NCBI RefSeq assembly: GCF_009914755.1
Contig: NC_060933.1
DNA length: 64,000 nucleotides
Strand: one strand, 5' to 3'
From: the human T2T-CHM13v2.0 reference genome, Homo sapiens
How positions within the stretch are numbered: the first letter of the stretch is position 1; each line of letters begins with the position of its first letter. Positions 31,445 to 44,455 of this stretch are shown one piece after another. Position numbers and translations under genes: made by a program. The notes under the pieces are model-generated. The model made no database searches and had not been told where the DNA came from. It saw only the letters and a program-made list of their open reading frames with translations.

Positions 31445-33683
31445 TGTAGATTTTGCTATCTGGTAGAAAAATCACCAGGAACATGCACACACTACACATA
31501 CACAAACTGAACACACACACACACTCACACATGCACACAGATACATGCCTGGTATATCAGATAAGTTTATCTTACCTTGTCTCCAAATTAGAAAAAAACA
31601 GGTTGCTAACAACAAAATCATCCTCCTTAAGCTTTTGAAATAAATTTTCTGAATGAAAACTCCTCTAGAGGCCCAAATATTAAAATAAAGCATTATGTCA
31701 GTATTATAATGATTGTGTATTTTGCCCAGCAAATTTGAACACATAAATATATCAAGACAGGTAACATGCCTGTATTTTCTTCAGATCTTGATTCTACAAC
31801 CTGTGAGAGAAAAACTGTCCTAATATTCTCCTGTGAGGAGAAATGTGTGTTTTTAAATTTCTTCTTGCTTTAGTTAATTTTCCATCAAAAATTTATAAAT
31901 CTGATATAAGACTATGGAGCTACCACAGTCACCCCAGAGAATTTATGAAAGTGGCTGGATTTAAGCTGTGAAGGAAAACAAAATCAGCATTTGAGCATTC
32001 AAGACAGCCTACCTGTGGGTCAAACATAAAATGCCTGACTTCCAGGGCTTTCTACCTACCTGGAATTCTTAGTGGGTGCAAAAAGTCCAATGAACTGGTG
32101 TATGGGAACTAATAGATTCTCATAGCCTATTTTGTCAGGATGTAAATTTAATTATCAATGATCTCAACTCTTACCATCAGATTTAATCTGTAAACAGCTA
32201 TGATGGATATATTTAAATATAGTTTGTGACTGTTTAATATTCCTTCAACTAAAATTAACAAGTGAACTTGGGAAGATTAAATGAGTGACTAAACCCAAAA
32301 GATTCCACAAGCAGGTAATTCTTATTTGCCTGTGCAAAATATGTTTATGCCCAATATAATCTAAATTCACTGGTCCATTAATAAAAATTGATTCAGCCAA
32401 ACTGATTACCTAGAATGTGGTTCACTCCTGAACACACTTCATCATTCATCTTGGGCTGTAAATTTAAAATGTCCTTCAATAGAGAAAAAAGTTGACGTAA
32501 AAACCAAGGAAAAGCAAGGTAGTATCTGACTTTCCCCAATCCTCTTCTTCCTCAAATCAAACTAGTTAGTAACAGAGACAAGACATCAATAGTATTCTTA
32601 CTAAAAATTAAGAGCTTGGACATTCTTCTAAGATTTGGAAAAATATTGGAATTCCCTCGGGACAGCAAAGAAATCTGGCATCTTCTAAATGGGCATTGAT
32701 ATGACACTCCATTCAGCCCAAAAGTAGTCCACATTATTATCTAGACCAGTAGACTGATTTTCAAACCCATTTTTAATTTTGCAAAATGTTCTTTAGAGCC
32801 AACATGTAAGTTAAAGCAAAGAAAGACCATAAAGCAGGATATCCTGACTGATTGCATAGGCCCTGCTTTTAAACTCTATTTATCTACTGCCCTTTGATAG
32901 TCCCAGATACTCAACTTCACACACACACAAAATTTAATACAGAAAAAGAAACTGGTATTTAGTGGCTTAACAGGATCTGGAGATTAACGTGAAACTATAA
33001 CACAAGGCTTGTCCCTGGAAAATGTGAGTACACTATGTTGGGGTTTTTCTGTTTTGCTTTTTCTACAACAGAGGGCTTTATTTATTTTGAAAGATTCTAT
33101 GAAATGTTGCCTATGAAATAACATTATGGAAAAAAGTGAACATAAAAAGGCACATCACACCCAATTCCAATGCAGAAAAAAAAACCCATAATATGAAAGT
33201 TACTGTTCAAAATGTTGAAACGGGGCCATTTCCCACTAGTAGAGTAATAGGTAACCCCTCTTTCTTCTTCATCCTACTGCCCTGTATCTTGCAAATTCTC
33301 TAGAGTGGACATGCAATAATTTTGAAATGCTGTATCTCATTATTTTAACATAATATATGAAAATGCATAAAAATAGTAAAAGTACCCAAAATTCTAACAT
33401 AATTCTGAAGTTTCAACAATATCAAGTGTGTTCATATTCCAGTACATTTTGCACTCACTTGCTAAAGAACCTTCTGTTCAGTAGGTGTTTTACTGCCTCT
33501 TTCACATCCTTGTTTCTAAGACTGTAGATTAAAGGATTCATCATGGGAGTCATCACCCCATAGAACATGGATATAATTTTGTCGGTAGCATCCAAGTCAT
33601 CCGAATTAAGTGTCTCTTTAGACTTGGGCTTCATGTACATGAAGAGGATGGTCCCATAGAATATTATGACCACAGTCAGATGG
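31445..33683. repeat. Duplicated block B (OR13C2 3' flank plus 3' CDS), paralogous to 43034-46260
   Basis: Continuous alignment from 'tgtagattttgctatctggtagaaa' to the stop codons; second copy has an extra L1PA. Confidence 0.95.
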
Positions 33684-34411
33684 GCTGAACAGGTAGAGGA
33701 AGCTTTGCTTCTCCCCTCGGAAGAGCTAATTTTGAAGATGCTCACAATGATTAACGTGTAAGAGACAATGATTAATAACAAAGGTGTCAATATGAACAAT
33801 GTTGTGGCCACAAGCATGATGAACTCATTGTCTGAGATGTCAGCACAGGCCAGTTTCATGACAGCCAGAATTTCACAGGTGAAATGATTGATGATGTTAT
33901 TCCTGCAGAAAGGCAATTGTACCACAAACACTGATTGTACTGCAGAATTGACAGCTCCTATGATCCAGGACCCAGCTGCCATGGGTACATAGGCATCCTT
34001 ACTCATGATGATGGGATATCTCAGAGGGTTGCAGATAGCCACATAGCGGTCAAAGGCCATCATGCCCAGAAGCACACACTCTGTTGTCCCCATGGCCAAG
34101 CCGAGGAACATCTGCACTGCACAGCCAGAAAGGGAAATGGTCTTTCTTTCTGAAAGGAAGCTCACTAGCGTGGAGGGAATAGAGGTGGTGGTGTAGCAGA
34201 TGTCCAAGAAGGAGAGGTTCCCCAGAAAGAAGTACATAGGGGTGTGAAGGTGAGGGTCCAAGATGCTGATTAAAATGAGAGTACCATTCCCCAGAAGGAT
34301 GACCACATACATTATGAAGATGAGCACAAAAAAGAGTAACTCAAGTCTTGGGTGACCAGAAAGTCCCTTCAGAAAAAATTCCACCAGAATGGTGTGGTTT
34401 TCCCATTCCAT
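33455..34411 (-). CDS. OR13C2: Olfactory receptor 13C2 (318 aa)
   Basis: OR motifs present (KASSTCSAH variant); C-terminus LLNRRFFSK. Confidence 0.95.
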   Translation of the reverse strand: MEWENHTILVEFFLKGLSGHPRLELLFFVLIFIMYVVILLGNGTLILISILDPHLHTPMYFFLGNLSFLDICYTTTSIPSTLVSFLSERKTISLSGCAVQMFLGLAMGTTECVLLGMMAFDRYVAICNPLRYPIIMSKDAYVPMAAGSWIIGAVNSAVQSVFVVQLPFCRNNIINHFTCEILAVMKLACADISDNEFIMLVATTLFILTPLLLIIVSYTLIIVSIFKISSSEGRSKASSTCSAHLTVVIIFYGTILFMYMKPKSKETLNSDDLDATDKIISMFYGVMTPMMNPLIYSLRNKDVKEAVKHLLNRRFFSK

Positions 34412-34424
34412 TTTACTCTCTATT

Positions 34425-34445
34425 TAACCTGTAAGAGAGAGCATG
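34425..34445 (-). promoter_or_regulatory. Predicted splice acceptor of the OR13C2 coding exon
   Basis: Minus strand ctctctcttacAG|gttaaatagagagtaaaATG (AG at 34430-34429); equivalent site in OR13C9 at 47009-47008. Confidence 0.7.
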
Positions 34446-36161
34446 TTAAGACAAATATTTATCTTACTCTGATTACTTTCAAGCATGTATCAATGAATAT
34501 GTATCATAATCCCCAGGAAAAAGAAAAATAAAAAAGGAAAAGACCAAAGAAAGAAGAGAGAGCATAAAGAAAAGTGGACAGAAAAGAGGGAATTATGAAT
34601 GGAGAGAGGGAAGGGAATGAATGAATGAGTGAATGGAGAGAGGGAAGGGAAGATAAAACTAACATGTTTCGTGCTACAGCCATTTAATTCATTTAATATC
34701 ATCACAGTTCTAGGAGAGGCGTATTAGTATCCATATTTTACAGATGAATAAATCAAAGCAGATATGTTAAGTAAACTTGACCAAAGGTAAATACTATATA
34801 GCAGAGCTAAGATTCAAACCTAAATCTTCCTGTTGAAGTCTGAACTTTTTGTCATATTTGTCATCACATACATAAACTGTAGGTTATAATAGAAATGAGC
34901 ATTGTATTACATATACTTGAACACTAAACTATTTTTATTGGCTATAAATCACCACACAATAGATCGATGCTCTTGTCACTCCTTGAAATTATACTATGTT
35001 ACGTATGTTGTCTCTCTTTCCCAGTAGAATGTAAACTTCATTAGGGCTGGTACTTATTCTTGCTTATTTCCACAGCCCCTGTAGCTAGAATAGAACAGAC
35101 ACAGATGCAAATGTTCAAAAACATTTCTTGGATGAATGAACAAAATCAAAGGCAAAATAATTGCTACATTTCTTACTGTGTGCCAATCCTCTATTAATTG
35201 TTTTCTTTGTGCATTACATAATGGAGTCTGAATAGCAAGCCTATGAGGTAATTACTGTTACTATTAGTATCACCAAGCCTATTGTGTAGAGGGGAAAATA
35301 AGGCACAGAAAAGTTAAGTAATTTGCTTAAGGTCAATTTCATAAAGACAAATAAATGAAAGAGCAAGGACTTAAACCCAAGCAGTATGGCTTCAGAATTC
35401 GAGCTCTAATACTCATTTGGCAAAGAGAATTTGGCTCACAGACTAGAATACCTTGTATTCTAATTAACAATACTAATATTTCAAAAGAAATATCAGATAA
35501 AAACTGTGATCAGATAAAAAAAAGAAGATTTCAATATGGTAATTTGATAGCAGTTGATTTTATACTTTATATTTTGCTAGAAAAGTACTCATTTCTATAA
35601 CAAATATTTTGTCACAGAGTTGCATTTGATCATTATAATTCTTGTGTCCTCCCTTACATGAAAAGTTCTCATTTTCATTATGATGCCTGTTTGACTTTTT
35701 TTTTTCCTTTATTCGACTCACAAGGGGTTTTCCTATATTACAGGTCTTTAAAAAAAAAAAAAAACAGCTTTAGGTTAGATTTATCCTCGTGACTTTTTGA
35801 GTTTCATTAAGTTTCTGTCTTCATAAGTTTCTTGTTTATTCGGATCTATTTTTCTAAGTTTCTGATTTCTAATTTCTATGTTCTCTATTCTAATACTATT
35901 TATCTAATTTCTTGAAATAAGAAGAAAAATTCTTATTTCCTCCTCCTTACTCCTCTATTTCTTGCTCAAATAAAGGCACTTAGAACAGTTTTTGTTCTAT
36001 TATAGACTTAGTTTTCTATGAGAATTTTTTTTACTGGTTTCTAGATAATTTTTTTGTTTTTCTCTTTAGTTCCTCTTAAATCCAAGCATCTTTCTTCATT
36101 ATTTAGTGATTAGGCATTTTCATTCTATTTTTATTATTTATTTCCCATTTTATTTAATTAA

Positions 36162-36468
<307 letters not shown>

Positions 36469-36514
36469 CCATTTTATTTTAATAGAAAACATGACCTATA
36501 ATTCTCTAGTTATG

Positions 36515-38530
36515 GACTTTTGTGCAGCCAATTGCATGATGTATGTTGTAAATGTTAACAAAAAAATGTGATTTCTCTTTGGGAAGATACATAGTTTTAA
36601 ATACATGCACAAAACAGGTATACATGTAAAATTTATTAAATATATTATTAAAATCTTTGAAATAACCTATTTTCTGCTGCCTAGATTTAATGAATTCTAT
36701 GTAAATATTGTTATCAAATTCTTGTATACCTAGAATCCTTTTGTTATATAGGCTTAGTTTCTATGTTAGTGTAGTGTAGATAGATTTATGGTTAATATAT
36801 CATCTTCATAAATTATAACTTATCATTAATTGATGTATCTTTATTCTATTTGACACTTTAAAGTTTAATTCTACTTTTATGATATTGATATTACACTCCC
36901 GCTTTCTTTTAGTTTGCTTTTGTCTGCTATCTCTTTGTACAACTTCTTATTTTTAACTTCTCTTTTTCACTTTGTTTAAAGTATACTACTTTTAAATAAC
37001 AAATATCAGAGTATGTTTTAACTACTTTTTAAATGTTTGGGTCATTTATGAGAATATTCAGACTATTCTATTTACTTTAACATAATTATTAATGTACTAC
37101 ATCTTATTCTTTCCATCATACTTTATTTTTATTCATTATTTGAATTATTGCATTCTCTTTTTCCCAGTTTTTTATTTTTGCTAATTGACGAAGTTGTCAT
37201 TCACTATTTGTTTTCATTAAGTTGAACACTACTCATTTTTTTCATTCAGGAAGTGATTGCCTTCTTTTTCTCTCCTCATAATTTAACTTCTAAGGCCATA
37301 AACTGTTTTCTCCAATAGGGTGTGCTCTAATCACCTTAATTATCCCTGAAATCTAAATGAAGCCAAAACTCAAAATACTTTTACTCCACTTTTATTCTAA
37401 TCTCCTAATTCCTAGGTTTTACTGGTATAATACTTACAAAGTCCTTACAATCTGCCTTTTTAAGAGTTCCTTTTCAGCCTTTAGATTATACAAGCTTGGA
37501 TAGTCAATATGTCTAACTATCTATACATATATTCATTGATCATCATTGATCCCTTTTTTTCACTCTCTTGAGGATTGTATTTATTGTTTTGTGTTTGATT
37601 ATAGTATATTTGCAGCAATTTTCCTCGATGAGAATGTGAGTAATATATACTCACATCAATCCCTATAGATTACCAAATGTCTTCCTTTTATATCACAGGC
37701 AAAAGTTTATGAATTTTGGCCCACACATTCTGTGTCTGAGATATAGCCTAAGGAAATAATAAAGATAGTTATATACAAAATGGAACACATAGTTATATAT
37801 TTTATATATAGAAAATATATCTTATATGCAACATAAATATACAAATATTATATATACAGTACACACAAAAAAAAATTGTGACTGTTATCATTAATTGACA
37901 TATCTTTATCCTATTTGATACTCTGTTATTAGCTGAAAAGAATATTTAAGAAACCAGTGACCAAAATCCCAGGGAACTTTCAAACAGAAATTCCCTAATA
38001 CCTCCCACTCTGTGGCAATATTTATCAAAATAACAAATACATATATATATAACATTTGACCACAGACTGACTTCTCAGTAATTATCATACAGGTATACTG
38101 GCACATGCCAAAGAGATTTTAATAGAAATGGATTCATTAAAGTATCATTTGTAACAGCAGATGTAGCAAACAATTTAAATTTCCACAAGAAGAAAACATA
38201 GAAATAATGCAATATTGTACTGCCGTCACAAGGAGTAAGGATGTTTTGTGCACTGATGTGGAAAGATCTTCAAGAAACATTAAATGGAAAAGTAATAGAA
38301 CAGTATATATGGTACACTATCATTTGTGTAAAAAAGATTATATATATATGTGTATGTGTATATATACATGCATGTATTTTTGTTCACACATAGAGTATCT
38401 CTAGAAAAATAAACAATAGTTTTTATCCCCAGAAAAGGGAATATATAGCTTATTAATTGGGGCGGGACTGTTAACAGTATACCCTTTAGCACATTTTTAA
38501 AATTTTGAACCTTGTGAATGTATTTCCTAT
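36515..38530. mobile_element. Old L1M/L1ME fragments (both orientations)
   Basis: T-rich antisense L1-like stretch, then sense L1ME 3'-like stretch; highly diverged. Confidence 0.5.
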
Positions 38531-39937
38531 TAATAAAATAATATTTAAGCTAAAGAGTTCTTGTTTGTGGGATTCCTAGCCTTTCTCCTTTCACCTTTCC
38601 AATAGCATACTACATTAAAGCCATCCGTTGCCATAGGACATGACCACATGCATTTGAAAACTGTTCTAACTTGTTCAATATCACACACTAAATGGTAATT
38701 GCTGAGGATGAACAGGTACTTTATAGTCACATTCCCAATACTTAAGATAATTTATTTAGTATCAGTAGGACTTGCAGTACTATGTCTGTCTCATTTCCTA
38801 CCAACAAGCTCTAGGCTATTCTTTGACCTGGCTTAGGGTCTAACATCCAATTCCATGTCACTTTTTTTCCACGAAACATTTTAATGTTTTTATGATCTAG
38901 AAAATTTCCTGGAATAAAATTATGGTTCAGTAAATGTTGGCTATTATTCTTTTCCATTTTCAGGTTCAAGGAGCCTTTTATCTTCAGAATATTTCCTCCA
39001 CCTAACATTATGAGGTACTTTGCTGTGAATCTCAGGTCCATCTTCTCAATTTCGAGACATAATTAGTCTCCTCAGGATCACTTCAAACCCAACCTGATTT
39101 CCCTATTCTAAATTCCCCCTATCGTTCTGTAGCTTTTCATACAATTTACATTTTCTAGAATTTTTCAGATTTTCTGGATTAAGGTATTAACTACTTGAGA
39201 CCCCAGAGGGCATTTTACAATGCGGAGTTCTTTGAATAATGGAGATTATATGCAAACCTGTAAAAATCTGCTCTCTGCAAAAATTATTGTTTCATGAGCT
39301 ACCTCTGTGCTACAAGATATACCATCAAGCATATTTCATAATATTGTCAAGGTCACAGACTTTGGAAGAGGCTTGGTTCAAATGCCATCTCTGCCCCTTA
39401 TTAACTAGGTGACCTGGACATGTCTCTGATCACCATAGTCATCAGTAGAATGAAGATATGGACAACATCTATACCATGTACTTGTGCATAAGATTAAATG
39501 AAATGATGTGTATAACTCACTTAGCACAGCAAGGGTTCCTATTGTTAGTGGTTTCCTTCATGCTTGGCTTTAATGACTTTTCATTCTGTTAAGAGTTTTT
39601 TTGACATCCCTGAACTAGTCATTATCATCCTTCCATGAGGTCAGGTATATGTGGCTTACTTAGTCAGATCACACACTATGTTCTAATAAATGGTATTATT
39701 TTCATTTTTTAAAAATTAGGATACGTTTTATCACAGTCACTCCAACACTTTGGATGCCAGTGAATTAGGTGGCAGAAAAGAAAAATCATCCAAAAGATCC
39801 ACCTTTTATCGAAGTCAATTTATTTCATAAAAAAGATAGGATTTTATTTTTTTTCATGTTGATAACAGTTTATTGTGTCCTCTTATATTTGACAGTTTTA
39901 TTGGATATAAAACCTTATCTTTTTTTTGAAGTCTTCT

Positions 39938-40056
39938 TTTTATTATTATACTTTAAGTTCTAGGGTACATGTGCACAATGTGCAGGTTTGTTACATATGT
40001 ATACATGTGCCATGTTGGTGTGTTGCACCCATTAACTCATCATTTACGTTAGGTAT
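39938..40056 (-). mobile_element. L1PA 3'-end stub
   Basis: ttattattatactttaagttctagggtacatgtgcacaatgtgcaggtttgttacatatg. Confidence 0.9.
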
Positions 40057-40869
40057 AAAAGATAAGATTTTAATAAGGTGCCAGTGTGTTGCTAGTTTTA
40101 AAACACATGACTGAGTTTTTCTTGACTGAAACTATTTTAACATCTTGAGCAAGCCTATTAACATAAAAGAGGAAAAGGAAAGTTACTCACTATTACAATC
40201 ATGACCTAATGACAGAAAAGCAAATATTCAAAATAGTCGCCAATGCTAATGCAAACACATAAGGATATTCCCTAAGATGATCTCTTTCTGACTATGCATT
40301 CCTTTGGCAAATTATATATTTCAGATCCCAAGAGATTATTTAGTTTTTTTTTTTATTTTCCAAATTTGTCATAATGTTCTCCTCACATGATACTGTTGTA
40401 TAAAGAGTCCCTGTCATATTACCTAGCACACCGTTCAACTGGTTCACTGGTAACTGAACCAAATTGACCTGAGTTACTGCTAGGGAACCACAGTCAAGGA
40501 TTTGTTTAATATGAATTCTATACTAAAGAACACACAATCTGCTATTTACTGTGTAATAAGCTTTAATTAGCTTAAGTAGATGATACAGTGTCCAAATACT
40601 TTGTAATGTCATAAAAAACTGCACACTGACATAAAGTAATTCACAAGGGCTGGGCAAATTCAGTTTTTGTTCAATTGCCTTTGCATGCAGAACTGCTCTT
40701 TTGGTCTCATGGTTTTTATTTTGTTCCTACTACATCCCAGTGAATAGACACTTAAATTCCATTTCCAATATTCAAAGTCACTCTCAAATCAGAAAAAAAA
40801 AATGTCATTTTCAAACTGATTTAACCAATCAGTCCAAGTCTCTCTTACAGTTGAAACATTGTTCTTGTT

Positions 40870-41440
40870 TTTGCAATAACTTACCTCCAAACCAGAGGTT
40901 GCCTCTCTTTATAGGGTGCAACAGCAACAGACAATTTTGTCTTACTTTTCTACTTGCAGCCAGTCTTCATAGCCACTCATTAGTAGCTGAATCTCCAAAG
41001 AGGCAAGACGAGTGAGTAATCATTTTGTCATAGAAATTGATTGACTAGTTGATGTTTACAGAAACATGGTGTTATGGACATGATTACTAGGATAAAGTGT
41101 CATGAAATTCTTCTAGTTCAGAAAAAGTATCATCAGATTCCTCTAGTTTAAAAATAGAAAGAAAATTAATATTTGGCAATAAATTTTAGGAATAGGGCAA
41201 ATTGAATTTGCCTCTGAAGTGCATGCTGAAATACCATCCCATTGTGGAGACCCACAAATTCCTAAAGATCTGCCTCAGGATTTAAGAGACAATTTAAATA
41301 TTTAAGGACTCTTCTAAACCTCTGTGCACAACTTTAAATTGCCTCCAAGATGAAAGGTGTATAAAACTTATGAAACTTCAGAAATAAAGCCCTGAAGACC
41401 TAATTATGGGAGGCCTATTACTCTATTTCATACACAAAAT
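40870..41440 (-). promoter_or_regulatory. Candidate promoter and non-coding exon 1 of OR13C2
   Basis: Paralogous to 50800-51390; minus-strand donor AG|GTAAGT at 40885/40884; TAATTA at 41401. Confidence 0.6.
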
Positions 41441-41589
41441 CAGAAGGGAGCTTCTCTCTCTCTCTCTCTCTCTCTCTCAATCTCTCTCATCATTTTGGAA
41501 GTATAACTGATGTTTTCTGTACACAAATTTCCCATTCACTTTATGGATTTAGTTTACAGTAAAAGTTGACTCTGAATAAACATATATTT

Positions 41590-41880
41590 ACAGATGGTGT
41601 GAAATAATATGCATTGAGTAAAAACTGTACTTCAAGAAACATACAACCATTCTACTTTTCATCTTCAGCACAATATTCAATAAATTACTTAGGATATTCA
41701 ACACTTTAATATAAAATAGGCTTTGTGTTACATGATTCTGCCCACCCATAGGCTAATGTAAGTCTTCTGAGCACATTTAAGGTAGGCCAGGCTAAGCTGT
41801 GATGTTTGGCAAGTTAGATAAACTAAATGCATTTTCAATGTATGATATTTTCATGTAAAGATGAGTTTATTGGTATACTC
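41590..41880. mobile_element. Tigger4-like DNA transposon fragment
   Basis: 'ggctaatgtaagtcttctgagcacatttaaggtaggccaggctaagctgtgatgtttgg'. Confidence 0.75.
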
Positions 41881-42953
41881 TTTGACATTGATATATTTTC
41901 ATTTATTCTAACGGTGATATATACTGTAAAAAAAAGAATGAAAGGACAGAAGGAAGAGAAGGATGGAGGAATGGGAAAAGGATAAAGGAAGGAAGAGAGG
42001 GAATAAAAGAGGAAAGAAGACAGGGACAGAAAGAGAAGGTAAAAGAAGGCAAGACAAGAAAAGATATCCTCAAGCAGTATATAATGGTGTAAAAAACAAA
42101 GCCAAGAATAAACTATAATTAAATAGCCTGGCAAAAACCACAGTTCAGAAAGAAGGCTGATACTAATCATAAAACAATGTAATAACTTAGGCTAAAATAA
42201 TTTGCCTTTCTCTAATGAGAGCAAACTGAGGCATCTTAAGGCTGAACACTTCTGAATGATTGTTTTCATTTTTTCTCTTCTTTATTTTTAAAATTTATTT
42301 TTATCAAAATAATTTCAAAATTTATTCAGACAGAATTCTAAAAGTGAAATGAGTGGGTCAAAATCAATGAAGATTTTTTATGAATCTAAAAGGATAATAC
42401 TAATGTAGTGTTATGGTGTCGCTAATTTTATCTTCCTCTTATCAACACTGGATGTTGTCAATAATTTAGATTTTCAATCTAATCTAAAGGGCTTAAAATG
42501 GTATCTTGTCATTATTGTAAATGGCATTTTAATCTTTATAGATATTTACTATTTACATTTTGGTGTGTCTTAAAGAGTTTTATTTTCTTTCATGTGAGTT
42601 GTGCACTCATGTCCTCTATTCATTTTTCTATTGTGTATTTTACATTTTTACACTGGTTTCTTAAATATTCTTTTCAGCTAATAACAAAGTATCAAATAGG
42701 ATAAAGATATATCAATTAATGATAACAGTCACAATTTTACATTTTTAAATCACTTGTTTACATGAAATGTATTATATATATATACTCTATGAAACTTGTA
42801 GAAAGAACATCTGCAAATATAAAAATGCCTCAGACACAGTCCTCACCTTCAAGAATCATATAGTTAGTAAGAAAAACATTCATGTAATTAGTGAATTTCA
42901 ATACAAAGTGGTGAAAGCTGTGATTAAAGTGATGGCTTAGTGTGCTATGGAAG

Positions 42954-43021
42954 TGAAACAGGAAAAATTCCCTTATCCCCCTGGCAGAGCATGTGATGGG
43001 GGTGTGGCTTGCTTCTTCAGT
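42954..43021. mobile_element. ~68 bp terminal stub of an ERV1 LTR (MER48-like, from memory)
   Basis: tgaaacaggaaaaattcccttatccccctggcagagcatgtgatgggggtgtggcttgcttcttcagt, then abrupt truncation. Confidence 0.6.
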
Positions 43022-43033
43022 TACACTAAGAAT

Positions 43034-43110
43034 TGTAGATTTTGCTATCTGGTAGAAATTTTTGCTATCTGGTAGAAATGGCAGATTTTGCTATCTGGTA
43101 GAAATGGTAG
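43034..43110. repeat. Four tandem copies of ~20-23 bp ttttgctatctggtagaaa
   Basis: Single copy at the paralogous site 31445-31470. Confidence 0.9.
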
Positions 43111-43170
43111 ATTTTGCTGTCTGGTAGAAAAATCACAGGAACACGCACACACTACAAACACACACACACA

Positions 43171-43206
<36 letters not shown>

Positions 43207-43568
43207 ATACATGACTGTTATATCAGATAAGTTTATCTTACTTTGTCTCCAAATTAGAAAAAACAAATTGCTAACAACAAAATGATCCTCCATAAGCTTT
43301 TAAAATAAAATTTCTGAATGAAAACTCCTCTAGAGGCTCAAGTATTAAAATAAAGCATTATGTCAGTATTATAATGATTGTGTATTTTGCCCAGCAAATT
43401 TGAACACATAAATATATCAAGACAGTTAACATGCCTTTATTTTCTTCAGACCTTGATTCTACAACCCTGTGAGAGAAAAACTCTCCTAATATTCTCCTGT
43501 AAGGAGAAATGTGTGCTTTAAAATTTCTTCTTCCTTTAATTAATTTTCTATCAAAAATGTATAAATCT

Positions 43569-44455
43569 CTAATATCCAGAATCTACAAAGAACTTAAACA
43601 AATTTACAAGAAAAAAACAAACAACCCTATCAAAAAGTGGGCAAGATATGAACAGAAACTTCTCAAAAGAAGACATTTATGCAGCCAACAGACACATGAA
43701 AAAATGCTCATCATCACTGGTTATCAGAGAAATGCAAATCAAAACCACAATAAGTTACCATCTCACGCCAGTTAGAATGGTGATCATTAAAAAGTCAGGA
43801 AAAAACAGGTGCTGGAGAGGATGTGAAGAAATAGGAATGCTTTTACACTGTTGGGACTGTAAACTAGTTCAACCATTGTGGAAGACAGTGTGGAGATTCT
43901 TCAAGGATCTAGAACTAGAAATACCATTAGACCCAGTGATCCCATAACTGGGTATATACCCAAAGGATTATAAATCATGCTACTATAAAGACACATGAAC
44001 ACCTATGTTTATTGCGGCACTATTCACAATAGCAAAGACTTGGAACCAGCCCAAATGTCCATAATGATAGACTGGATTAAGAAAATGTGGCACATATATG
44101 CCATGGAATACTATGCAGCCATAAAAAAGGATGAGTTCATGTCCTTTGCCGGGACATGGACGAAGCTGGAAACCATCATTCTCAGTGAACTATCACAAGG
44201 ACAGAAAACCAAACACTACATGTTCTCACTCATAGGTGGGAATTCAACGATGAGAACACTTGGACACAGGGTGGGGAACATCACACACTGGGGCCTGTCG
44301 GGGGGTAGGGTGTTGGGAGAGGAATAGCATTAGGAGAAATACCTAATGTAAATGACGAGTTGATGAGAGCAGCAAACCAACATGGCACATGTATACCTAT
44401 GTAATAAACGTGCACATTGCGCACATGTACCCTATAACTTAGAGTATAATAATAA
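43569..44455 (+). mobile_element. 5'-truncated L1PA (approx. PA6-PA7) inserted in block B copy 2
   Basis: ORF2 C-terminal remnants and 3'UTR; TSD aaaaatgtataaatct / aaaaatggtataaatct; empty site at ~31886-31902. Confidence 0.92.

Noticed and set aside
37960-42650. Past inversion bounded by the 88 bp inverted repeats
   Set aside because: The internal promoter-like block has the same orientation relative to its gene as the OR13C9 paralog, which argues against inversion in this haplotype.
43034-43110. CRISPR-like repeat array
   Set aside because: Eukaryotic DNA, no spacers; simple tandem reiteration.
41453-43202. (CT)n, purine-rich and (CA)n tracts
   Set aside because: Common microsatellites and low-complexity sequence.
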